Shown piece after piece: positions 23,203 through 31,676 of a stretch of DNA of 43,215 nt. Numbering within the stretch: the first letter of the stretch is position 1; the number at the start of each line of letters is the position of its first letter. A model generated the notes under the pieces. That model saw only the letters and a list, made by a program, of their open reading frames with translations. It ran no database searches and was not told where the DNA came from. Origin of the DNA: a virus; UHGV virus genome UHGV-0324072. One strand, written 5' to 3'. The position numbers and the translations under genes are program-made.

Positions 23203-24369
23203 ATGGCTACAACTCCTTTTAAGGGCGCGAATACCGCGCAATTCTATGTGGCGGAAGTGACCCCGGGTGTAACACCGACTAACCCGGTCTGGTCACCATT
23301 ACGTAACACGGGCGGTGTTCCTGCCATTACCCGTGACACACTGACCTCCAACGAACTCGACGGCAGCCGTGAAACTACATCCATCCGCACCGGTAACAAA
23401 CAGGTTAGCGGTGAATACGCAATTGAGCTTAGCTCTAAAAGCCAGGATGACTGGTTGGCAGGTGCTTTAGGCTCTACGTGGCGATCCGGTGTTTCTCTGC
23501 CAGGACTATCGATCACCGTCGCACCCGCGGGCAAGACGTTCACACGCGCTACCGGCAGTTTTATCACTGACGGAGTTGGGGTAGGCGACCTGATTGCGTT
23601 TACCGACTTAACAGGCGATAACGCAAAACCATTTATTGTTACCGCAGTAACGGCTACCGTTGTTACTGGTGCAGGCATCCAACACACCCTGACCACCGAG
23701 ACAAAAACTAGTAAGGCTAAAACTGGCGACACGCTGGAAACCGGTAACACATGTAAGACGTTCTCTATTCTCACCTGGTACAAAGGACAGTGCGGCGGGA
23801 CTTACGCATACACACTAACCAAAGGTGTGGAAGTTTCCGGTTTCACCGTTGAGCAGGCCGTTAACGCGATGGTTACAGGTAGCTTCCCGTTCATCGGGCG
23901 CAGCCAGGAGATTCTTACTACGCCGCCGTCTGGTTCCAACTTCTCCTCTGTCACGTTTGGTGATGAGCCATTCTCCTCGGTTGACGTTTCTGTGTTTGAC
24001 GGCTATACGCCGTTGCGTTGCGACAGCCTGACCATCACCAACGACAACAGCGCATCCGCGCAGTTCGAACTCGGCAACACTAACGTAGCGTTTGTAGAAC
24101 GTAACCGCGCGGCTAACACCTTCTCCATCTCCGGCAAGCTGTATGACATGGCGATGATTCAGAAGTTTATCAACGAGCAGCAGGTAGAGATTAACTCTAT
24201 TCTGGCGGGGGTAAACGGGGCTATGTCTTTCAGTTTGAAACGTGCGGAGCTTACGGCAGTTACCCCAGAGATTGGCGGACCTGAGTCAATCACTCAGTCC
24301 ATTGAAGGCCAGGCTACTGGCAACCAGTACCAGTCGTCTATTGTTATTCAGCGTATCACCTACGCATAA
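23203..24369 (+). CDS. major tail protein (tail tube)
   Basis: ATG 23203 (RBS AGAGG); about 390 aa, Thr/Gly-rich; followed by a strong terminator; called by position. Confidence 0.55.
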   Translation: MATTPFKGANTAQFYVAEVTPGVTPTNPVWSPLRNTGGVPAITRDTLTSNELDGSRETTSIRTGNKQVSGEYAIELSSKSQDDWLAGALGSTWRSGVSLPGLSITVAPAGKTFTRATGSFITDGVGVGDLIAFTDLTGDNAKPFIVTAVTATVVTGAGIQHTLTTETKTSKAKTGDTLETGNTCKTFSILTWYKGQCGGTYAYTLTKGVEVSGFTVEQAVNAMVTGSFPFIGRSQEILTTPPSGSNFSSVTFGDEPFSSVDVSVFDGYTPLRCDSLTITNDNSASAQFELGNTNVAFVERNRAANTFSISGKLYDMAMIQKFINEQQVEINSILAGVNGAMSFSLKRAELTAVTPEIGGPESITQSIEGQATGNQYQSSIVIQRITYA

Positions 24370-24373
24370 AACT

Positions 24374-24398
24374 AAGGCCCCGAAAGGGGCCTTTTTTA
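24374..24398. terminator. bidirectional terminator AAGGCCCC-gaaa-GGGGCCTT plus T-run
   Basis: perfect 8-bp stem followed by TTTTTATT. Confidence 0.65.
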
Positions 24399-24629
24399 TT
24401 ACTCATCAATGTTACTCCTGTACTCCCGTAACTTTTCCAGACTTTCAATTGCTTCCGCTAAGTCGGTTCCGGTGTCCTTGTGTCCACGTAAACCCATGCA
24501 CAATAGCTTCTTCAATGCGTGCTGTAACGCCGGGTCGCGGATGTCGAAAGCGCGGAGCACATCATAAACGTCTACTGTCATAGTGCTGCCGTGAGTATTT
24601 GTCATTGTGCGGTTGTATTTTGAAGTCAT
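24399..24629 (-). CDS. small protein (76 aa), possibly DUF3310-like; third gene of reverse cassette
   Basis: ATG 24629 overlaps stop of upstream gene (ATGA); VYDVLRAF...QHALKKLL motif recalled from DUF3310. Confidence 0.4.
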   Translation of the reverse strand: MTSKYNRTMTNTHGSTMTVDVYDVLRAFDIRDPALQHALKKLLCMGLRGHKDTGTDLAEAIESLEKLREYRSNIDE

Positions 24630-25756
24630 CCCAGCATCTCCGGTGAAATAGTTAAACGTGCGACCTCGCCATATTCGGCGCTATAAGTAATTACGTTTGC
24701 GCTACGCCCAGACATCCATCCGCCGCGCGAGGCGTAGGCGTCTTTCGCCGCTAAGGTGCGGTGTTGCTCAACAATCATGTTACGGCTTTCTACAATCTTC
24801 TGGTGGTGCAGGTGGCCTACGTGGGCGTAGCTGTAAACACTCTCGCCGAACGCTTTACGGAACTTGGCAATCATAACCGGTTCGATAGCGTAGAATCGTG
24901 CTTTATGCCCGTGATGGAAGAACAGCGTCGTTTTGCCGTGTTGCACCATCTTGTAAACATCCGGCGACGTATCAACAATCACTCGGCTGTCGTTTGAGTA
25001 TAAAACCGTGAACATTTCGGCAAGCCATACGGAGCCAACAGGGTCGTGGTTACCTTGAACGATTAAAAGTTTTACTGTGTGATGCTTAACCAGCGCCATA
25101 TCAACAACACGGCGGACCATACGAATCATGTAACGTACCAGTTTCTGATAGCGAGTATCCGCATCTAATACATGGCGCGACTCGGGGGTAACGGCATCAA
25201 GACTATCGAAGTGTGCGAAGTCCCCAAGCAGGTTAATAACTCCTGTTCCTGCATCCGGTGCTTTCTGAAACGCCGCGTCGAACCACCGAGAGAACAGGTC
25301 TTCTGCAATCTTCATGTCCCAGTCGTCGCCGCTCTCATCGGCCCATGCCAGCATACCGAGATGGAAATCAGATACAGTGTAAAGATTGAGTAGCTTGTCG
25401 TCACGTTTGGCGCGCGCCGCTTTAACAGGCGCAACGGGCGTAATCTCTGACTTCATGCCCTCTATTACGGCTTTCATCAATTCAACCTGACGTTCGGCGT
25501 CGGTATCAGTCTTAACCCATTGCAACTTAGTGTTGCCGAACTCGTCCACAAGTGACGACGTTCCTTTAATCTTGTAGCCGTCTGGCACAAGGTGGCTAAC
25601 GTCGCGCCCGTGGCCCACGCCTTTCTTAGCCAGCTTCGCTTTACGGATACGAATTACGCGGTCTGAGATGCCGTATTTACGGGCGATATCTACATTCTTC
25701 ATACCGGCGTTCAATTCTTCCTGCAACTGTTCGTCGGTTATTTTCTTCCGGGCCAT
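24626..25756 (-). CDS. N-terminal HTH fused to calcineurin-like (Mre11/SbcD-type) metallophosphoesterase
   Basis: phosphoesterase motifs in order: SDFHLG, LGDFAHFD, QGNHD, FFHHGHK, GHLHH; N-terminal KNVDIARKYGISDRVIRIR HTH-like segment; RBS GAGGA. Confidence 0.6.
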   Translation of the reverse strand: MARKKITDEQLQEELNAGMKNVDIARKYGISDRVIRIRKAKLAKKGVGHGRDVSHLVPDGYKIKGTSSLVDEFGNTKLQWVKTDTDAERQVELMKAVIEGMKSEITPVAPVKAARAKRDDKLLNLYTVSDFHLGMLAWADESGDDWDMKIAEDLFSRWFDAAFQKAPDAGTGVINLLGDFAHFDSLDAVTPESRHVLDADTRYQKLVRYMIRMVRRVVDMALVKHHTVKLLIVQGNHDPVGSVWLAEMFTVLYSNDSRVIVDTSPDVYKMVQHGKTTLFFHHGHKARFYAIEPVMIAKFRKAFGESVYSYAHVGHLHHQKIVESRNMIVEQHRTLAAKDAYASRGGWMSGRSANVITYSAEYGEVARLTISPEMLG

Positions 25757-25820
25757 GCTTATTCCTCGTGCTTAGGATTTGTCCTATTTAACCACAGTGG
25801 ATTCCTTTAAATAAAGGCAA

Positions 25821-26147
25821 CTATTTACTTTCTGCGCCTATCGCCCACCCTGTCATTACCATTTGCAGACGGGTGGCTGTCAGTAGGCTATAGAAAGCAT
25901 CTCCGTTTTTCTCTACCGAACGTATCACTGTGTAGGTTACGGCCTGCGGGGGTAGGTCCGATTTACCAACCTCTACAGCGGCCTCACACTCGCGAACCGT
26001 AGAGTCCTTAAATGCCTTTACGATAGTAGGGTCAGCTTTCTCAAGCACACCAGAAGTCATAAGAACAGATTCAGTAAATACCTGTTCGCACGGGGACCCA
26101 AAAGTAGCAAAAGGCATAAACCCCAGAGCTAATACTAATTTACGCAT
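25821..26147 (-). CDS. secreted/periplasmic protein (108 aa) with N-terminal signal peptide; first gene of reverse cassette
   Basis: MRKLVLALGFMPFATFG signal-like N-terminus, two Cys; RBS GAGGA; promoter at 26176..26204. Confidence 0.5.
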   Translation of the reverse strand: MRKLVLALGFMPFATFGSPCEQVFTESVLMTSGVLEKADPTIVKAFKDSTVRECEAAVEVGKSDLPPQAVTYTVIRSVEKNGDAFYSLLTATRLQMVMTGWAIGAESK

Positions 26148-26175
26148 AATTATTTCCTCAGTAAGTTACAGGTGA

Positions 26176-26204
26176 ATAGTACACTATTATATTGGGGTGT
26201 GCAA
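26176..26204 (-). promoter_or_regulatory. promoter TTGCAC-N17-TACTATTCA (minus strand) driving reverse cassette
   Basis: rc of 26176..26204; near-identical to 17053..17081. Confidence 0.5.
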
Positions 26205-26271
26205 GTAATGTGATAGAATAATTTTGCGCCTAGTGTCGCACACGAAAAGCGGGTGGTTCCCGTCTGGCGCA

Positions 26272-26298
26272 TTAACCTTAACCCGTAACCTCTTAACC
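26272..26298 (+). repeat. four closely spaced (T)TAACC direct repeats in leader of tail chaperone gene
   Basis: TTAACC TTAACC cg TAACC tc TTAACC. Confidence 0.6.
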
Positions 26299-26311
26299 AA
26301 AGGATTAAAGA

Positions 26312-26728
26312 ATGAAACTTTCTGATTTTTATTTTGCCGACCGCCACGCCGCCGGTACTAAAATGCCTATCCTTCTGCCCAGTGGTAAAGATTCCGGTGA
26401 ATGGTTGCAGGTCATCGGCCCCGATTGTGACGCTGGTGTTCGTGCGGGCCGTGCCTACACAACGGCAATTCGACGCCTTACGGAAGAACTTGCGCCATTA
26501 GATAAAGAGTGCGAGGCGCTGAATAACTGGGCGCGCTATAATGATGAGAAGGGCTGGCGGGTGATGGACCTGAACAAGCAGCTTGCCGTGGAAATCGTCA
26601 CCGGTTGGTCATTCGACGAACCATTCAGCAAAGAGGCGCTTGCTAACCTGTTAGACCAGTACAGTGGGTTGGCAGAGGCCGTAGTTAAGCATCACACCGA
26701 TAGCCGTGAGAAACTCTCGGAAAAGTAA
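26312..26728 (+). CDS. tail assembly chaperone (lambda gpG-like)
   Basis: 138-aa ORF directly upstream of tape measure gene; RBS AAAGGA. Confidence 0.5.
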   Translation: MKLSDFYFADRHAAGTKMPILLPSGKDSGEWLQVIGPDCDAGVRAGRAYTTAIRRLTEELAPLDKECEALNNWARYNDEKGWRVMDLNKQLAVEIVTGWSFDEPFSKEALANLLDQYSGLAEAVVKHHTDSREKLSEK

Positions 26729-27090
26729 AAGCGCTGTATGAATTTGCGCAATGGTGCTTTGTCGACCGCCACAAACGTAAGCAATTCGACGACATCGCGG
26801 CGGGCCACCAGGCGGCTTTGATTGCAATGGGCGTGATTAAAGAACCGCAGATGAAAGAAGCGACGGGGCCGGAATGCCCCGTTTCTCTTATCGACGTGTT
26901 CGAGAAATACCGTGCCATTAAATTCCTACAGCGCGAAACAGATGATACTATCGTTATAATCCCGCGCGATGCGCTCAAATGGCAAGATTTGGTAGCGTTT
27001 CGTTATGTCGCCGGTTACGGCATAAGTTTGTTCGAAGCCGAGGTTATCATGGGCTTAGACGGAATATTTGAGGGCAGAGAAGATGGCTGA
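26710..27090 (+). CDS. -1 frame extension of chaperone (candidate gpGT-like frameshift product)
   Basis: -1 frame opens at 26710 and runs to 27090; GGAAAAG slip-like heptamer (26719..26725) directly before the G stop codon; T-frame stop overlaps tape measure start. Confidence 0.4.
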   Translation, partial: ETLGKVKALYEFAQWCFVDRHKRKQFDDIAAGHQAALIAMGVIKEPQMKEATGPECPVSLIDVFEKYRAIKFLQRETDDTIVIIPRDALKWQDLVAFRYVAGYGISLFEAEVIMGLDGIFEGREDG

Positions 27091-29395
27091 TACGGCTTCC
27101 CTAATTGCCAGAGTAAAAACAGAAGGCGCTGATGTAGCCGCTAAACAGCTTGACGCTATGGCGGCATCCGCAGACCGTGCGGACACATCCGTAAACAAAC
27201 TAACGCCGGATGTTAATAAAGTAAACTCCGCTACGTCTAAAGCGGCTTCTGACGGTTTCGCTAAATTCCGTAACGCCGCCGGGCAGGTAGGCTTCCAGGT
27301 GCAGGACATGGTCGTCCAGTTGCAGTCCGGCACGTCTGCATTCGTAGCAATCGGGCAACAAGGCTCTCAGCTTGCGGGTGCTTTCGGCCCTGGTGGCGCG
27401 GTGCTTGGGGCCGTAATTGCTCTTGCGTCAGCAATCGGTGGTGTCCTGTATAAATCGTTAACCGAAGCAGAAGGCAGTTCAAAAGACCTCGAAGCCGCGC
27501 AGAAACAGTTAAAAGATACTTTCCAGCAAACGGCATCTGGCTCTCTCGAGCTGACAGACGGCCTTATCCAGCTTACCCAAATCAGCAGAGAGGCGGCAGA
27601 GACTCAGCTTGCTCTGGCTAAGGCCAACGCGGACCTTATCGCGCAGCAAACAGCTAAAGCCGTTCGTGAGGACGCAGAATCGTGGGAAACATGGAAAGCA
27701 TCCACGGCATCGGCGATTAGCCAGTACGATGCACTGACCTCTAAGGGTGCTGATGTAGGTGACACGTTAGAAAAACTCGGTGGTACTTACGAGGGTAACA
27801 TCGTAGGCGTCAACATGCTGGCGCAGAATATCGCGGAGCTTAGCAGTAAGTTCGGAGTTAACCGTGACCAGGCGCTGGAGATGATAGCGGCGCAGAGTGC
27901 GTTTAACAAAGAGCCAACCGCCGAGAATGCCCGTCGCATCGCCGATGTGTTTACCGACTGGCTCGGTAACACAAAACAGTTGAACCCGGAACTTATCCGC
28001 CTGACGGACAACGCCAACAAGAACGCCACGGCACTGGAGAACGCGGAGAAGTCAGCAAACGCGGCGGCAGAGGCCCAAAAGAATCTTGGTCGCAACGTCA
28101 ACTCAACCACGCAGAGATTCCAGGAACAGAACGAAGCTATCGTCAAAAACCAGCAAATCGCCATCTTAAGCGACCGTGAGCGTATCCGGGCGCAAGCTGA
28201 ACTTGATAAACAGGCGTTCGCTAAACGTGAAGCCGTCACCAAAGAACAGATAGCCGCGTATAATGCGGCCCGCGACGCGGAAGCGCAGCAAGACATCGCC
28301 CGCATTGACAAGACCGAGAAAGAGAAGGCCGACCGCGAGGCTAAATCGAACGAGGAACGTCTGGCGGCACAAGCCAAACGCGAAGAAACAGCGGCACAAC
28401 GTCAGAAAAAAGCGGCGGAAGATTTCCTGGCTACTGTCGACCGCACAACCGGAGACGAAATTTCACGTATCACAGCGGCAGAAGAACAGAAACTGGCGAA
28501 ACTTGAAGAGTTCAACCGCGCCGGAACGATAAGCCAGCAGCAGTACGAAAACGCCAAAACTCAAATTATGCTCACCGCCGAGCAGGCCAGACAGGAAGAA
28601 CTGGATAAGAAAAGAAAAGAGCAGCAGGAAAAGCAGCAGAAAGGCGACGACTTCATGGCCCAGATTATAGGTCAGAACGCCGCTGAGCTTGAGCTTCTCG
28701 ACATCCAGGAACAGCAGAAACTGTCGGTAGCAGATAAGTACCGCGAGCAGGGTTTGATTAGTGAGAAGCAGTACCAGGCGGCGCTTAACGCCATCAATGA
28801 GCAGTATGCTACGAAGCGTGCCGACGCAACGGCAACGGCCTTCGGTAACATGGCTTCAAACATCGGTTCGGCTTTGGGCGAGGCTTCTGGCGCGTATAAG
28901 GCATTCGCTATCGTACAGGCCACTATCGCCACGTACACCGCGGCTATCGAGGCGTACAAGTCCACAGCGGCTATCCCTGTAGTTGGTCCGTTCCTGGCTC
29001 CTGTAGCTGCCGCCGCTGCCGTTGGGGCGGGTATGGCGCAGATTTCCGCTATCAGGTCCGCACGTGAACAGGGCGGACAGTTATCAGCCGGGCAGGCTTC
29101 CACCATCGCTGAACGTGGTAAACCAGAAGTTATCATGCCCGCTGGTGCGTCACGTGTACGCACCGCACAGCAGATGAAAGAGATTATGGGACAAAACGGG
29201 TCTTCTTCCGGCCCATCTAATGTTACCATTGTAAATAATACATCGAGTCAGATTGGCAACGTATCCACCGAGCAGGATGATGAAGGCCGTCTGCGTATCA
29301 TCATAGAAGAGCAAGTTGCTGCATCTTTGCAGAACAGCAACAGTAAGATTAGCAAGGCCCGCAAGGCCACAAGAAACGCGCCGGGGTTTAAATAA
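27083..29395 (+). CDS. tail tape measure protein
   Basis: 770 aa, Ala/Gln/Glu-rich helical; ATG 27083; longest tail-module ORF. Confidence 0.8.
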   Translation: MADTASLIARVKTEGADVAAKQLDAMAASADRADTSVNKLTPDVNKVNSATSKAASDGFAKFRNAAGQVGFQVQDMVVQLQSGTSAFVAIGQQGSQLAGAFGPGGAVLGAVIALASAIGGVLYKSLTEAEGSSKDLEAAQKQLKDTFQQTASGSLELTDGLIQLTQISREAAETQLALAKANADLIAQQTAKAVREDAESWETWKASTASAISQYDALTSKGADVGDTLEKLGGTYEGNIVGVNMLAQNIAELSSKFGVNRDQALEMIAAQSAFNKEPTAENARRIADVFTDWLGNTKQLNPELIRLTDNANKNATALENAEKSANAAAEAQKNLGRNVNSTTQRFQEQNEAIVKNQQIAILSDRERIRAQAELDKQAFAKREAVTKEQIAAYNAARDAEAQQDIARIDKTEKEKADREAKSNEERLAAQAKREETAAQRQKKAAEDFLATVDRTTGDEISRITAAEEQKLAKLEEFNRAGTISQQQYENAKTQIMLTAEQARQEELDKKRKEQQEKQQKGDDFMAQIIGQNAAELELLDIQEQQKLSVADKYREQGLISEKQYQAALNAINEQYATKRADATATAFGNMASNIGSALGEASGAYKAFAIVQATIATYTAAIEAYKSTAAIPVVGPFLAPVAAAAAVGAGMAQISAIRSAREQGGQLSAGQASTIAERGKPEVIMPAGASRVRTAQQMKEIMGQNGSSSGPSNVTIVNNTSSQIGNVSTEQDDEGRLRIIIEEQVAASLQNSNSKISKARKATRNAPGFK

Positions 29396-30795
29396 TGAGC
29401 GACTTATATTTCCCACGTAGCCTTAAGCCGGTGGTATCGAAAGGCTACTCAATGACCAGACGCAACAACGTCTGGAGTGTAGATTTAGCCGGTGGCGGAG
29501 TGCGTCAAGGCCGTGACACGTATTATGATGTGTTCCCAATAAGCGTAACCCTGATTACATCTGCACTAGGGCGACAGGCGTTCCTGTCGTTCCTTGAGAA
29601 AGTGGACGGCGGCGCGTCAAGTTTCTGGATGGCGCATGACTTCGGCATGGGTATTGAAGATTATCAGGTAACCATCACGTCCACCATCGCGGAGTCCACC
29701 GAAGACGGCATTAACTGGACGATTACTTTCACGGCAACCGCCGAGAAATCCCCGTTCCAGGACCAAGAGAACCAGTGCCTGATTAACAATCTTCCAGATT
29801 TGTACGGTTGTTACGGGGATTGTCTGGGTAGTTTCCTGAAAATATACGCGAACTACGAGACTACGTTCCCGCGCATCTGGAGCAATGAAGGGCCTGCCGG
29901 GCATCCACCGATTAACCTTCTGGCGTCGACTCTTGATAGCCGCATTGTTTACGACGGGCCACAGGTTTACTACATCAACCGAAATGGCAATCTTGTGCAG
30001 TCCGCCACTAATGAATGGCCTCTTACGTTTATCGATGGAGTTGCTGTTGGGCGTGTACCACCGGAAAAGGCGGCTACCAATGTGGTAGAACATTCTAACA
30101 ACTTACTATCTACATCATTTTCACGTACCAGAACAACAACTACGGCGAGTTCTTTGAAGTTATCCCAAGAAACTTATGCCGCTAAATTAACCGCAACGTC
30201 GGTATCAGATAACCATTATATAAACAAGAGGGTGGCTCCCGCACCGGGAACAAGGTATTCTCTTAGCGTTATCATGAAAGCAGATGAGTACCAGTCGGCA
30301 GCGGTAGTCATCGGCAACCGAGCCGCTTTAGATAATTTCCAGTATGCCTATGTTGACTTAGCCTCCGGCTATTTGATATCAGGCGACACCTCAAGGTCGT
30401 TCGTAAGCAATCTTGGTGGTGGGTGGTATCACGTTTCAATGTCAGCGGACACTAACGACTCCGGCGGATTGATTTATTCGCAGATAAACATGTTGTCGCC
30501 GTCTAACTCCCTCACCTTCATGGGGGATGGTGTCAGCGGCTTCAATGTGGCTCTAATTCAATTGGAGGCATCGCCATTTGCCACATCGCCAATAGTAACC
30601 GATGCGTCACCGGTAACCAGACACACGGCATCGGCAAAAGTAGCAATGAATGGCGCAACAAGCATCGACATTATGTATTCCGACGGCTCTGTGGTAACTG
30701 TTCCGGCAGTTGGCGATTACGCCTCCATACCCCAAGCGGATTCGGCGTGGGGTAGTAAGTACATCACTCGTATTGATTTTAATGTGGACGGTTAA
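29395..30795 (+). CDS. distal tail protein with C-terminal extension (candidate carbohydrate-binding module)
   Basis: first gene after tape measure; C-terminal half has lower-GC, Ser/Thr-rich composition. Confidence 0.45.
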   Translation: MSDLYFPRSLKPVVSKGYSMTRRNNVWSVDLAGGGVRQGRDTYYDVFPISVTLITSALGRQAFLSFLEKVDGGASSFWMAHDFGMGIEDYQVTITSTIAESTEDGINWTITFTATAEKSPFQDQENQCLINNLPDLYGCYGDCLGSFLKIYANYETTFPRIWSNEGPAGHPPINLLASTLDSRIVYDGPQVYYINRNGNLVQSATNEWPLTFIDGVAVGRVPPEKAATNVVEHSNNLLSTSFSRTRTTTTASSLKLSQETYAAKLTATSVSDNHYINKRVAPAPGTRYSLSVIMKADEYQSAAVVIGNRAALDNFQYAYVDLASGYLISGDTSRSFVSNLGGGWYHVSMSADTNDSGGLIYSQINMLSPSNSLTFMGDGVSGFNVALIQLEASPFATSPIVTDASPVTRHTASAKVAMNGATSIDIMYSDGSVVTVPAVGDYASIPQADSAWGSKYITRIDFNVDG

Positions 30796-30798
30796 TTT

Positions 30799-31314
30799 AT
30801 GAGCCAGGAATCTGTAGAAGCCGCCTATCGCCGTAAGCTGGCCTCAAATCCCGACGGCGAGATGGACTACATCACGTTGCAAATCAGCCACCCGTTGTTG
30901 TCAAAGACGTACTATCTTGTTCGTGGGCTACAGGAACTCACGGCAACACTGGAGACAGGCGAAATTATCACGTTCGAGCCAACCCCGATGGAGGCGTCGG
31001 GGGCGGCTAACAACAGTGATATGGACCAGACGACTACGTTTACTTTACCGGATATTCTCAATCAACTTGACGATGAGATGGATAAAATCCCGATGAGTAA
31101 CACCGAGTTGCCGAAATTCCTCTTCCGCCGTTACGTCAGCACTGACCTGTCTTATCCGGCTGACGGTCCTGTCGTGTACGAGTTACAGGCCATCAACCAG
31201 GAGAAGGGCGAGTTCTCCGCGGATGTCGGTACACCTATGCTGAACCAACGAAGCACTGGTATACTGATGACACCTAAAGAGATACCGTTATTACGCGGCC
31301 TGTTGACCACATGA
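30799..31314 (+). CDS. minor tail protein (lambda gpL-like position)
   Basis: position. Confidence 0.4.
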   Translation: MSQESVEAAYRRKLASNPDGEMDYITLQISHPLLSKTYYLVRGLQELTATLETGEIITFEPTPMEASGAANNSDMDQTTTFTLPDILNQLDDEMDKIPMSNTELPKFLFRRYVSTDLSYPADGPVVYELQAINQEKGEFSADVGTPMLNQRSTGILMTPKEIPLLRGLLTT

Positions 31315-31676
31315 ATATTAACGACTACACGGGAATACCTTACGACTTTCGCAAACGCAATTGCTGGCACCACGTTCGCATTGTCCGCGCGGATGCGGGG
31401 TTAGAAACTCCGGCGTTCGACGTTACAAGCCCGACTGCAATTAACGAAGCGTTTGACGAAGGCCACCGTGACACGAAGGGGCTTACTAAAATAGATATGC
31501 CTGAAAACTTCTGTGCGGTGCTTATGGGGTATCGCCGCGGTGGTCGTATCGTGTGGCACGCTGGAGTTTACTTCGACGGGATGGTCAGCCATTGCGAGCT
31601 TGCCTCACGTCAGGTACGGCTCGACAGGCTGGCGGACCTCAGAGACACGTACACGGAGATTGAATTTTGGCGATAA
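31311..31676 (+). CDS. NlpC/P60-family tail assembly protein (lambda gpK-like)
   Basis: Cys...His...His pattern NCWHHVRIV, HAGVYFDGMVSHCE. Confidence 0.55.
   Translation: MNINDYTGIPYDFRKRNCWHHVRIVRADAGLETPAFDVTSPTAINEAFDEGHRDTKGLTKIDMPENFCAVLMGYRRGGRIVWHAGVYFDGMVSHCELASRQVRLDRLADLRDTYTEIEFWR

Noticed and set aside
26150-26347. 65-aa minus-strand ORF spanning the cassette promoter and the chaperone gene start
   Set aside because: Overlaps the promoter and 5' leader on the opposite strand; no RBS; likely a chance open frame.
27787-29229. Two long minus-strand ORFs (27787..28377, 28672..29229) inside the tape measure gene
   Set aside because: Ala/Ser/Cys-rich antisense frames of a repetitive Ala/Gln/Glu-rich coding region; no start context.
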